Assembly: GCF_006345805.1 (NCBI RefSeq)
Contig: NW_021834803.1
Location: 1 to 45,659, forward strand
Origin: Octopus sinensis
Taxonomy: Eukaryota
Length of the DNA: 45,659 nucleotides
Reading direction: 5' to 3'
A program made the translations under genes and the position numbers. Below the pieces are notes generated by a model that searched no databases, was not told the origin of the DNA, and was given only the letters and a program-made list of their open reading frames with translations. This document shows positions 34,473 through 45,659 of the stretch, piece after piece (the first letter of the stretch is position 1; each line of letters opens with the position of its first letter).

Positions 34473-34672
34473 ATCCAAACAAGAAAGCACAAAAAAACAC
34501 AACAATGCGAGGACGTGGAACAAATATAGTATTATTGGACGCTCAGGAATGAAAGAAAGAAGGAGGGTTTAACATTTTGAGCGGAGCTCTTCGTCGGAAA
34601 CATAGGAGAAGGAAAGATCCAGAGAAGGGAAGACGGAGGAAAAAAATCCCCAACGGTACACACGCGGTCACA
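34468..34672 (-). mobile_element. PLE pLTR relic with degenerate minimal hammerhead
   Basis: The minus strand reads GTTT-CCGACGA-A-GAG(ctccg)CTC-AAAATGTT-AAAC (34601-34567), then TTCCTGAGCG as at 13240. It is bracketed by (TA)n. Confidence 0.6.
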
Positions 34673-34677
34673 TATAT

Positions 34678-34725
<48 letters not shown>

Positions 34726-34953
34726 TAATTTGAGGAAGTTAAGTCCTCATTAGGAATGATATAGTCCAAGGTATTCCACTGCTTTAATCGTATTGTATAA
34801 TGGTAAAGTCATTTGTATGTTTAGGGTTATTCAAATTTTTAATATTGAGGGGAAAAATAAGAAGAAATTGGAGAATAAATGGATATAATTACTGATTTAT
34901 TTGCAGTAATCAGTAATTACACACATTTATTCTCCATTTTCTTATTTTGCCCT

Positions 34954-34994
<41 letters not shown>

Positions 34995-35082
34995 TATACA
35001 TAAGCCTACACACAAACATATACATGCACACAGACAAATTTCTATATGCACATGCATACATACATATATGCATGCATACATA

Positions 35083-35299
35083 CAAGGGGGTGCTGAAAAA
35101 TTCCTGGTTTTAAAGTTATTGCGAAAGGCCTGGTTGGAGGCTGCCTAATTCCATGTTCTTTTACAGGGTTTCAAAAAACTGAAGGATCGCTGCAATAGCT
35201 GTGTGAAGCTGAGAGGGGAATATGTTGAATAAAATCATAATTAACTAATCCTCCTCTACCTTTTTTACTCAAAACCAGGAACTTTTCGGCACCCCATCA
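35083..35299 (+). mobile_element. mariner-derived MITE retaining the transposase C-terminus
   Basis: TIRs CAAGGGGGTGCTGAAAAATTCCTGG / CCAGGAACTTTTCGGCACCCCATCA, with TA on both sides. 35161-35232 encodes LQGFKKLKDRCNSCVKLRGEYVE*, matching the mariner pattern GI.KL..RW.KC....G.Y.E. Confidence 0.85.
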
Positions 35300-35380
35300 T
35301 ATGTATGCATATACATAAAGACATACAGACTGTCAAATATGCATGGCTCTTGAAATGATAATGGATTTAGAAATGTTATT

Positions 35381-35782
35381 AGTGGCTGTGTGGTAAGTAG
35401 GTTGCTTACCAACCACATGGTTCCGGGTTCAGTCCCACTGCGTGGCACCTTCGGCAAGTGTCTTCTATTATAGCCTCGGGCCAACCAAAGCCTTGTGAGT
35501 GGATTTGGTAGACGGAAACTGAAAGAAGCCCGTCGTATATATGTATATGTATATATGTGTGTGTATATGTTTGTGTGTCTGTGTGTCCCCCAACATCGCC
35601 TGGCAACCGATGCTGGTGTATTTATGACCCCGTCACTTAGTGGTTCGGCAAAAGAGACCAATAGAATAAGTAATAGGCTTACAAAGAATAAGTCCCGGGG
35701 TCGACTTGCTCAACTAAAGGCGGTGCTCCAGCATGGTCGCAGTCAAATGACTGAAACAAGTAAAAGATTAAAAGATTAAAGA
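35381..35782 (+). mobile_element. full-length SINE family A
   Basis: Same head, body and tail as the other copies. Confidence 0.92.
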
Positions 35783-35852
35783 TTATGAAGGACTAATGAG
35801 AAAATTTGATAAATGATTAATAATTATGACTGATATCAGAGTTGTATCTACA

Positions 35853-36257
35853 CTCTTTACTCTCTTTTTTACTCTTTTTACTTGTTTCGGTCATTTGACT
35901 GCGGCCATGCTGGTGCACCGCCTTTAGTCGATCAAATCGACCCCGGGACTTATTCTTTTGTAAGCCCAGTACTTATTCTATCGGTCTCTTTTGCCGAACC
36001 ACTAAGTTACGGGGACATAAACACACCAGCATCGGTTGTCAAGCAATGCTAGGGGGACAAACACAGACACACAAACACACACACATACATATATACGACA
36101 GGCTTCTTTCAGTTTCCGTCTATCAAATCCACTCACAAGGCATTGGTCGGCCCGGGGCTAGAGCAGAAGACACTTGCCCAAGATGCCAAGCAGTGGGACT
36201 GAACCCGGAACCATGTGGTTGGTTAGCAAGCTACTTACCACACAGCCACTCCTGCGC
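35853..36257 (-). mobile_element. full-length SINE family A
   Basis: Same head, body and tail, in reverse orientation. Confidence 0.92.
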
Positions 36258-36292
36258 TTATGAATGATACAAAAATAAAGATGTCCCTAAAT

Positions 36293-37138
36293 CATCATCA
36301 CCATTGTTTCACGTCTGTTTTCCATGCTAGCATGGGTTAGATGGTTTGAGTTGGGTCTGGGAAGCCAGGAGGCTGCATCAGGCTCCAATCTGATCTGGCA
36401 ATATTTCTACAGCTAGATGCCCTTTCTAATGCCAACCACTCCATGAGTATAGTGGGTTCTTTTTATGTGGGCTGGGGCTGGTTATGCGAAACTGATATAG
36501 GATACAGCTGTGAACTCACTTTATTTGCTGGGTCTTCACAGTCACAGCATATCTCCAGAGGTCTCGGTCTTTTGTCATTGCCTCTGTGAGGCCCAACTTT
36601 CGAAGGTCATGTTTGACCATCTCATCCCATGTCTTCCTGAGTCTACTTCTTCCCCGGATTCCTTTAACTGTTTGGGAGTGGCACTTCATCACACATCTCT
36701 CCTCATCCATCCGTAATACATGACCATACTAATGCAAACATCTCTCTTGCACGCCACATCTGATGCTTCTTATGTCCAACATTTCTCTCAGGGTGCTTGC
36801 ACTCTGTCATGCATGGACACTGACATTACACATCCAGCGATCATGCTAGCTTCATTTCTTTCAAGCCTATGCATGTCCTCCGCAGTCATGGCTCATGTTT
36901 CACTACCGTGAAGCATGGCAGTTCACACACATACGTCGTACAATCTACCTTTTACTCTGAGCAAGAGACCCTTTGTCACCAATAGGGGTAGAAACTTTCT
37001 GAACTTTGCCCTAGCTATTCTTATTCTAGTGGTAACACTCTCTGAGCATCCACCCCCCCACTACTAACTTGGTCACCTAGGTAGCGGAAGCTATCGACTA
37101 CTTCTAGTTTATCCCCTTGGAGTGTGATGGAATTTGTG
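36293..37138 (-). mobile_element. 5'-truncated RTE LINE (same group as 1547-2733)
   Basis: The minus strand reads ITLQGDKLEVVDSFRYLGDQVSS and MDEERCVMKCHSQTVKGIRGRSRLRKTWDEMVKHDLRKLGLTEAMTKDRDLWRYAV, followed by the terminal module. Confidence 0.9.
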
Positions 37139-37595
37139 GCATGTATGTATAAATATCTATGTAAATGTGTTTTTATGCATTTATGTAAATCTATCTGATG
37201 CATGTTTTTACATGATGTATATGCATATATAAATATGTCTGTATGTATTTATGTATGTTCATGTATGTATCTGTCTGTGTGTGCATATATATATATATTT
37301 ATATCAGATCTAGGTTTCTGACTGTCTGTCTGTCTCTGTCTCTCTCTCTCTCTATATATATATATAGCTGTATATAAATGCATGTATGTTTATACATGTG
37401 TATATATGTTAGTGTGATTACAAAAGCATCAGCTTATGATATCTGTTTGACTCTTCCCTCTCTCTCTCTCTTTCTCACACACACACACACACACACATAC
37501 TTTAAAAACTACCATTCATCTGTCTTGCACAAATCCTTTATGCCAGTTGTGCCTGATGTGTAATTAATTGCTAATTAATCAAGCACTGCTATTAA

Positions 37596-37833
37596 CTCAT
37601 TAGCATTTAAACCATCAGTCACATTCCACATTAGCCTTTAAACTTGCTATGGCCCAGATATTTTACCTGCTTTATGTTCCAACTGGCCAAATCTGGCCTC
37701 TCATACCTACCCTACAATGTCATTCTAAAACTAAATTACACTATTGAAATCACAAAGCTATGAGATAATTCATGAATAGTTCAAAACAATGTAAATAGAT
37801 AAGCATTACATTTGACAGAATAATCTGAATGCT
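37596..37833. mobile_element. TTAA-type MITE, sister of 5875-6032
   Basis: Shares the body TCTGGCCTCT...ATAAGCATTACATTTGACAG. Confidence 0.7.
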
Positions 37834-39244
37834 TGAATTTTAATGCACACCAGTAGAAATTTGAGTAAGTGTTAGCAAGTTGAAATAAGTTCTGGTCTTT
37901 TTATTATCTTTTTTGTTAGGATTGGAATAGGTGTTATATAATTTGAAGTTTCTGTGCATTACTGAGGTTACAGTACTTTAAGCTGTTCTTAAATGCTGGT
38001 GTCCATTCTATATTGGTCATTTCTCTTTACTTTTTGGCCTCTGCACTTTTGCTTTAGAGGACAAAGTTCCAGTATTTTTCACATACATACTAGCTCTTAT
38101 CATTATTCTTTACTTTGTAAAATTTATATCTCAGTTTTCCTGATTGGTATGAAACAAGTTTTACACCCCTAATTCATTATAGCGACCAGCCGTCTAGTAA
38201 GAAAGGTGCCAGGCTGTGTCGGTAAATATCTCCCTGCCCCTAAACTGGAATCATTGAAGTGTATGTGTGTGTGTATGCGAGTGTGTGAGTGTGTGTGTGT
38301 ATAATATATATGTATGTATATGCATGTACACACAACCAAACAAATATTAGTAATACATGCACATACACACACATATACATACACACATATTCCAACCCAT
38401 GCCAGATGAAATACAGATGAAGTTAAAATGGTGATGATGATGATGATATTGATAGACATACACACATGTACAAACCCACATGTTAGTAATACACATGCCT
38501 ATATATATATTCATCCACACATCCAACACTTCACACAGGCACATACACACACACACACATTAGTAACACACATGCATGCACACACACATATACATGCACG
38601 CATACACACAAACACATTTGTGCAGACTATCATTTATCAATTATTCAGCATTAGTTCTTAATGACCATCATGTAATTATCCACTTAACATACAATATTCA
38701 TCTATCATACTCTGAAATACTACAATACAAACTTTCCTTTTGAATACATTGCACAGAATATGCTTCACATCAGTTTCGTTACTTTAAGTGAATCAGGGAT
38801 ACCACTCACGCAGGTACAACAAACACTAACAATGTACACTAAATAGATTTCCACAAATGTCCAGCGGGGGGAATCCTTAGCCAAATTAGCAGCAATTAGG
38901 TTGCTCTGAAAGTGTAGTTTCATGAATAAGAACTGCCTGGGCAAAGTTCAGAGAGCTACTACCTTTGGAGGTAACAACAAAGAGCCTCTCCGCCACAATG
39001 AAAGGAAGATTGTATGAGTGTACAGACAGCTATTTTCAGCTGTAGAAATGAGTTCTGACATCACTGGTGCCAAGCTGAATCGGGCTTTTCGGCCTTGCCT
39101 TTGGACAATATTGGTGGCATGGAGAGGCTTGTATGCATGGGCGACTGCTGGTCTTTCATAAATAACCTTGCCTGGGGTTGTGCCACAGAGGGTAGCTTTC
39201 TAGATGTAATCTCATGGTCATTCATGACTGAAGGGGGTCTTTAC

Positions 39245-39750
39245 CCTTTACAGACAGCCGTGTTGCACGGCAGTGGAACATGGGCTCTAACTGCAGAAAG
39301 CTTGAAAGAAGTGAAGTCAACATGCTCTGTTGGATGTGCAATGTCATTGTGCATGTAAAACAGTGTAAATATTTTAAGAAGAAAATTGCATATAAGAAGC
39401 ATCAGATGTGTGCAAAGAGAGAAGACTGCACTGGTTTGGTCATGAGATGTGTATAGATGAGGAAAGCTGCATAAAGAAGTGCCAATTTTGGACCCATTTT
39501 CTCTGTTCCTCAATAATACTCCCCCACACAAATAAGGAGTTTTTTCTAGTTACTTGGTATCCTCACTGCTGCTGGTGCCTTATGAAAAGCATCCAGTACA
39601 CTCAGTAAAGTGGTTGGCATCAGGAAGAGCATCCAGCTGTAGAAACAGTACAGCTTGTTGCAGCCTTCTGACTTGCCAGTTTCTGTCAAACCATCCAATC
39701 CAAGCCAGCATGAAAGTGGATGTTTGATGATGCTGCTGCTGGTGATGATG
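39245..39750 (+). mobile_element. decayed RTE LINE fragment with terminal module
   Basis: Reads TAVLHGSGTWALTAE and RRLHWFGHEMCIDEESCIKKC, then GGTTGGCATCAGGAAGAGCATCCAGC and a GAT-rich tail. Confidence 0.75.
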
Positions 39751-39799
39751 ACGAAAAGTTATCCAAAAGGAAGAACAAACTGAGCAATCAACTCTTGTG

Positions 39800-41410
39800 T
39801 GTATACAAGATCGAGTGGTCACATCTGGAACAACTTTGATTGCAGGTCAGCTTGACCAGGACTGACTTAGTTCTAAACAACTGTTCAGTTCAGAAGTGTT
39901 TAACAAAGAATTTGATTCTGATGGGGGTTCATTCTGTTCTGAAAGTTGAAACCGAAAGTATCAGAACGGAACCGATTGTCATTTCACACCATACAGTACA
40001 ACAAGAATTTAGAAAGCCTCACGTATTGAGAAATTGTTATTGCCCAGGAACTCCTTTGAAACATGAACCGCATGCAGCTAGAATCCTCAGTGTTGCTACA
40101 AGAACTAGGCATCATCATCATCGTTTAACGTCCGTTTTCCGTGCTAGCATGGGTTGGACAGTTCGACCAGGGTCTGGGAAGTCAGGAGGCTGCACCAGAC
40201 TCCAGAATGATCTGGCAGTGTTTCTGCAGCTGGATGCCCTTCCTAACGCCAACCACTCCGTGAGTGTAGTGGGTGCTTTTTACGTACCACCTGCACTGGA
40301 GTCAGGTGAGGCTGGCATCGGCCACGGTCGGATTGGTGCATTTTACGTGCCACCTGCACGGAAGCCAGTCGAGGCGGCGCTGGCTTCGGCCACGATTCGG
40401 ATGGTGCTTTTTACGTGCCACTGACACGGAAGCCAGTCGAAGCGGCGCTGGCATATCTTTAACAAATGCCAAACCTTGCTAAAACAATCCACTAATGTTC
40501 AGCAAAGCTCATGTGAGACATGCACTGGAGTTACTGTTTCTACATTTGGAATTGGTGCTGCTGCTAGTCTCAGAGACAGCCCAGATCACATTCAAGTCGA
40601 AGCCAATAAAAGCCTCTTCAACATCCGACCCATTCCTGTGTTGTATCCTCCCTTTTTCACCCTTCTCTCTATTGTTCTCTCTTTCTTTCTCCATTGCTAT
40701 CTCTCTCTTCCCCTCTCTCTCTTCCTTTCTCCTCCTCCCTTTCTTACTGTCTTTCTCTCTCTTTTTCCTTCTCCCTCCCTTTCTCAATGTCCCTCTCTCC
40801 GACCTCTCTGTCCCTGTTCTCCTTCTCTCCTTCCATCCCTCTATCTCCTTCCCTGTCTCTCTATTTCCCTCCCTGTCCCTCTCTCTCTCTCCCTCTGTCC
40901 CTCTCTCTCTCTGTCCCTCTCTCTCTGTCCCTCTCCCTCTCTGTCTCCCTCCTCTTTTTCTCACCTCTCACTAAGTCCCTCTCTGACTCTATCCTTTTAT
41001 CTATCTGTCTTCTCCCTCTCCCTCCCTTTTCCCCTCTGCCTCTTTCAACACTCCTTCAGTAACCTCTGACCTGCAGAATTTGCTTGTCTTATGTCTTATA
41101 CACGACTGTATCACTCCAACTCACCTATTATTCATCCCTCTCCTCCTCTCATCAACCAGATTTTGTTCCCATTCTCCAAGATTGAATTTCTTACTGTACA
41201 GTCAATCCTTCCATGCCCACCCACCCCTCCCCATCATCATCCATCAAGAACCTTGCAGCTGTACATTTTTTTTTCCTGCAACTATTGACTTACAACTCTT
41301 CAAAAGAAACATTAATAACTGCATTGATCTCACAACATCTGAAGAATTGCAAATGCCATCGATGCATTCCCTTTTGTTAGGACCAGATGAATGCTAGAAA
41401 AAAAAAAAAA
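39800..41410 (+). mobile_element. decayed CR1/L2-group LINE 3' portion with poly(A) tail, interrupted by an RTE end (40110-40452) and a CT expansion (40666-41030)
   Basis: Across frameshifts it reads KAHVRHALE(Y)C.YIW.GAAA, DHIQ..A, LCLFQH, FPATIDLQLFKRNIN..IDL, then A13 at ~41398-41410. Support is weak upstream of ~40010. Confidence 0.65.
40110..40452 (-). mobile_element. RTE 3' terminal module with subrepeats
   Basis: CATCATCATCATCGTTTAACGTCCG...GGATGCCCTTCCTAACGCCAACC plus GGTGCTTTTTACGTGCCAC repeats. Confidence 0.85.
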
Positions 41411-41473
41411 TCAAAAAGGGTTGGAAGAAACTTGAAAGAAATAAAAGGCTTGAAAAAAATGAAGGTAACATGT

Positions 41474-42740
41474 TCCACTGGATGGGTAATGTCAGTGTAC
41501 ACTCACACACACACACACACACAACGGAGTGTAAATGATTTAAGAGGAAAATTGTGTACAAGAGGCATCAGATGTTGAGTGCAAGAGAGAAGAATGTACT
41601 GGTTTGGTCATGTGATGTGTATGGATGAGGACAGCCGTGTAAAGAAGTGTTAAGTTCTAATTGTGGAGGGTACCTGTGGAAGATGTGAGATGAGGAACCT
41701 GTGGAAGGAAGATGTGAGATGAGGGTACTGTGGAAGATGTGAGATGAGGGTAACCTGTGGAAGTGTGAGATGAGGGTAACCTGTGGAAGATGTGAGATGA
41801 GGGTACCTGTGGAGATGTGAGATGAGGGAACCTGTGGAAGATGTGAGATGAGGTACCTGTGGAAGATGTGAGATGAGGGTACCTGTGGAAGATGTGAGAT
41901 GAGGGTACCCGTGAAGATGTGAGATGAGGGTACCGTGGAAGATGTGAGATGAGGGTACCCATGGAAGATGTGAGATGAGGGTACCCGTGGAAGATGTGAG
42001 ATGAGGGTACCCGTGGAAGATGTGAGATGAGGTACCCGTGGAAGATGTGAGATGAGGGTACCTGTGGAAGATGTGAGATGAGGGTACCTGTGGAAGATGT
42101 GAGATGAGGGTACCTGTGGAAGATGTGAGATGAGGGTACCTGTGGAAGATGTGAGATGAGGGTACCTGTGGAAGATGTGAGATGAGGGAACCTGTGGAAG
42201 ATGTGAGATGAGGGTACCTGTGGAAGATGTGAGATGAGGGTACCTGTGGAAGATGTGAGATGAGGGTACCTGTGGAAGATGTGAGATGAGGGAACCTGTG
42301 GAAGATGTGAGATGAGGGTACCTGTGGAAGATGTGAGATGAGGGTACCTGTGGAAGATGTGAGATGAGGGTACCTGTGGAAGATGTGAGATGAGGGTACC
42401 TGTGGAAGATGTGAGATGAAGGTACCCGTGGAAGATGTGAGATGAGGGTACCCGTGGAAGATGTGAGATGAGGGTACCCGTGGAAGATGTGAGATGAGGG
42501 TACCCGTGGAAGATGTGAGATGAGGGTACCCGTGGAAGATGTGAGATGAGGGTACCCGTGGAAGATGTGAGATGAGGGTACCCGTGGAAGATGTGAGATG
42601 AGGGTACCCGTGGAAGATGTGACATGAACTGGTGATAAAGGATCTTTGGATGCTAGGCCTCACTGAGGAAATGACAAGGAAATCAGAAGGTGTAGCAATT
42701 TGCGAAACTTGCAAAGACGTGTTGAACTAAGTAAAATTGC
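41474..42740 (+). mobile_element. decayed RTE LINE fragment hosting a minisatellite
   Basis: Reads WMGNVSV, RRMYWFGHVMCMDEDSRVKKC before the array and LGLTEEMTR after it. Confidence 0.75.
41666..42627. repeat. 26-bp minisatellite, about 37 copies
   Basis: Unit GAGGGTACC(T/C)GTGGAAGATGTGAGAT, with a few 1-2 nt indel variants. Confidence 0.95.
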
Positions 42741-42792
42741 CGACATCCATACACTGAGGCTCTAACATATACAACCAAAATAAGGTGTATGT

Positions 42793-42860
<68 letters not shown>

Positions 42861-43840
42861 TTATATCACCTCAGACTGACCTGTGTCCTGTGAGTGATAT
42901 TCATTAAAGGGAAACTAATTGAAAAGGGGCTCTATTCCCATACACATGTGCATGTTTACACAAATGTACCTATAGAAAAGTTCTGTGGTTTGTTTGAAGC
43001 ATTGTGGTATATGAAAAGTGAGTTTGTCTGGAAAGCTTCTTACAATGCAAAAGGATGAATCAAATATTAGGGTAATAACAGCACAATGTTCAAATGTTGC
43101 CTGAGAGATGATTTAAGAAGTCTTTATATTTCGGACGAGATACCCTTCATCGGAGCAAAACAGTTGGTGTAATATTACCACCTATTTTATATGTTCATTT
43201 GGTTGTTAGGTGTGTGTACGTGCGTGTATATATGTGTGTATGTGTGCATGTATCTGTATGTGTGTGTGTGCATATATCTGTATGTGTGTGTATATATATA
43301 TTTGTATATGCATGTGTGTGTGTGTGTGTCTGTATATATATTCTCTCTGGCACTGCATCTGGTACGACGATGAGGGTTTCTGTTGATCCGATCAATGGAA
43401 CAACCTGCTTATGAAAGTAACATGCAAGTGGCTGACCACTCCACAAGCACACGTACCATTAACATAGTTCTCGGGTATATTCAGTGTGATACAGAATGTG
43501 ACAAGGCTGGCCCTTTGAAATACAGGTACAAATCAATTTTGCCACCTGAGTGGACCATGTATGTCTATATCTATGTGTGTGCATGTGGATGCATATGTGT
43601 GTGTGTGTGTACATATGTGTATGTGCATACATATGTGTCTATACATTATTATACACTTTTAGCTACTGGTCATGAAAAACCCAGATACACTACCCTAGAC
43701 CTAGGCAACCCGCACACATGAGCAAGACATATCCTCCTGGCTAATAGTATAGGCAACAACCTATTCCTCTCGGTTATGCAAAATCACTTTTAGCCTAACA
43801 CAACCAAAACAGTTAACACCCACATTATGACTAATTTTTT

Positions 43841-44110
43841 TACTCTTTTGCTCTTTTACTTGTTTCCGTCAAGTAACTGCGGCCATGCTGGAGCACCGCC
43901 TTTAGTTTAGCAAATCGACCCCAGGACTTATTCTTTGTAAGCCTTGTACTTATTCTATCGGTCTCTTTTGCCAAACAGCTAAGTTACGGGGATATAAACA
44001 CACCAGCATCGGTTGTCAAGCGATGTTGGGGGTCAAACACAGACGCACATATATATATACATATATACGACGGGCTTCTTTCAGTTTCCATCTACCAAAT
44101 CCACACACAA
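43841..44110 (-). mobile_element. SINE family A lacking its head
   Basis: Body and tail match; it stops at CCAAATCCACACACAA. Confidence 0.88.
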
Positions 44111-44467
44111 GTAAGTAGCTTGCTTAAAAACCACATGGTTCCGGGTTCAGTCCCACTGTGTGGCACCTTGGGCAAGTGTCTTCTACTAAAGCCTCAGACC
44201 GACCAAAGCCTTGTGAGTGGATTTGGTAGACAGAATATATATATATATGCATGTGTGTGTATATGTTTGTGTGTCCGTGTTTGTCCCTCCCCCACATTGC
44301 TTGACAATTAATGCTTGTGTGTTTATGTCCCTGTAACTTAGCAGTTCGGCAAAAGAGACCGATAGAATAAGTACTGGGCTTCAAAGAATGGGGTCGATTT
44401 GCTCGACTTAAGGTGGTGCTCCAGCTTGGCCACAGCCCAATGACTGAAACAAGTGAAAGATAAAAGA
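44111..44467 (+). mobile_element. SINE family A missing the first ~15 nt
   Basis: Starts at GTAAGTAGCTTGC, directly abutting the minus-strand copy. Confidence 0.88.
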
Positions 44468-45535
44468 TATACTGGGATTGATTTGTTCAACTAAAACCCT
44501 TCAAGGTGGTGCCCCAGCATGGCCACAGTCCAATGACTGAAACAAGTAAAAGAGTAAAAAAGAGAGTCATTATTTGTTCATTTATCATCAGTTTCTTATC
44601 ACACACAGTAATATATATACATGCATATTAAATATGATGTGTATGTATAAGCATTGGTGTCTGTGTATACCGATGTTGAATCACATCTTATGTCTTTTTA
44701 TGCCAAAATAATTTTTAAAAAAAGCAAGAGAAATTCAATAAACAGACAGAAAATGCTGAAAATAAATACAAGAGTAATATATATTGTCACACTGATATTT
44801 AGTGATAAAAAAAACTCCAGCATGGGCATAACCTCCTGACTGAAGCTAATAAATAGAAAAAGAATATAAAGAAAAACCATTTTGAAATCCCGACCTGATC
44901 ATTTTTAGAAGCTGCCGACTTTTACTTACCGTCAGATTATAGCTGCTGAGCTGACGAAGAATATGCTTTGCAAAATACCACCATTCTTAAATCTGCAAGA
45001 AGTATGGAATCTGACAACCAAATTTGGATCCATACATCAAATGTTCTTTATTTTAATGCCTGGAATGGAGATGACGCATTGACATGGATCAATAATGTGG
45101 AATTCAGCTGCTTATTTTGACTTTTATTTTTACTGTGATTATTATTATTATTATTATTATTATTATTGTTTTCTTCATTTTACACAAGCTGCTCCAAATC
45201 TCGCTCTGAGACCTGAAATAACAGCCATCAATGATATATTCTAGGGAAAAGAGACAAGAATCTGAGATTCTTTTAGAATTTGTATTATTAGTAACATTAT
45301 TATTATTATTACTGTTATTATTATTAATATTATTGTTGTTGTTGTTAAGGTGGCCAGCTGGCAGAATTGTTTGAATGCTGGGATGGGGATGGGATGGTGG
45401 GGGGTGGGTGGCAACATGCTTAGTGGCATCTTTATGTTCTGAGTTAAATTTTACCAATAAGTACCAGTTGAGTACTGGGGTTGATGTAATCGACAAGCAA
45501 CTTCCCTTGAACTTGCTACCCACATGCCAAATCAT

Positions 45536-45659
45536 TGTTATTATTATTATTATTGCTTCTCTTTCTCCTCTTCCTCCTCCCCTTCCTCCTCCTCTTCCTC
45601 CTCGTCTTCTTCCTTGTCCTCTTCCTCCGCGTCCTCCTCCTCGTCCTCCTCCTCCTCGT
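45536..45659. repeat. (TTA)n followed by (TCC)n/(TCT)n low-complexity tract
   Basis: Direct reading. Confidence 0.95.

Noticed and set aside
41650-42714. 354-aa and 322-aa ORFs (HLTSSTG/ISHLPQVP repeats)
   Set aside because: They arise from a stop-free 26-bp unit that cycles through frames inside a LINE relic.
16-45659. Many 60-130-aa ORFs with YIYI, CVCV, HTHT, poly-S/T/Y runs or recurring SINE peptides (YQIHSQG, MTETSK)
   Set aside because: They are microsatellite and SINE translations that recur wherever the repeat recurs.

Overview
AT-rich, microsatellite-dense animal genomic DNA. The SINE and LINE families look like those of octopus (a coleoid cephalopod); this is recalled, not verified by search. 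The window is intronic/intergenic and made almost entirely of transposon relics: four or more tRNA-headed SINE families, 5'-truncated RTE-clade LINEs (including BovB-like and RTE-1/AviRTE-like ends), one CR1/L2-group LINE, Tc1/mariner, piggyBac-like, hAT and Tigger-like MITEs, two minisatellites and many simple repeats. I could not identify a host gene; nearly all listed ORFs are repeat artefacts. The main signal is a set of Penelope-like element (PLE) relics with hammerhead ribozymes: (i) a young, near-perfect 175-bp inverted repeat (22379-22771), each arm with an apparently intact type I hammerhead; (ii) a tRNA-headed, SINE-like element whose tail has a hammerhead core (17519-17748); (iii) four decayed minimal hammerheads; (iv) a decayed PLE reverse-transcriptase ORF (19318-19740). 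No CRISPR, rRNA or true tRNA genes were found.
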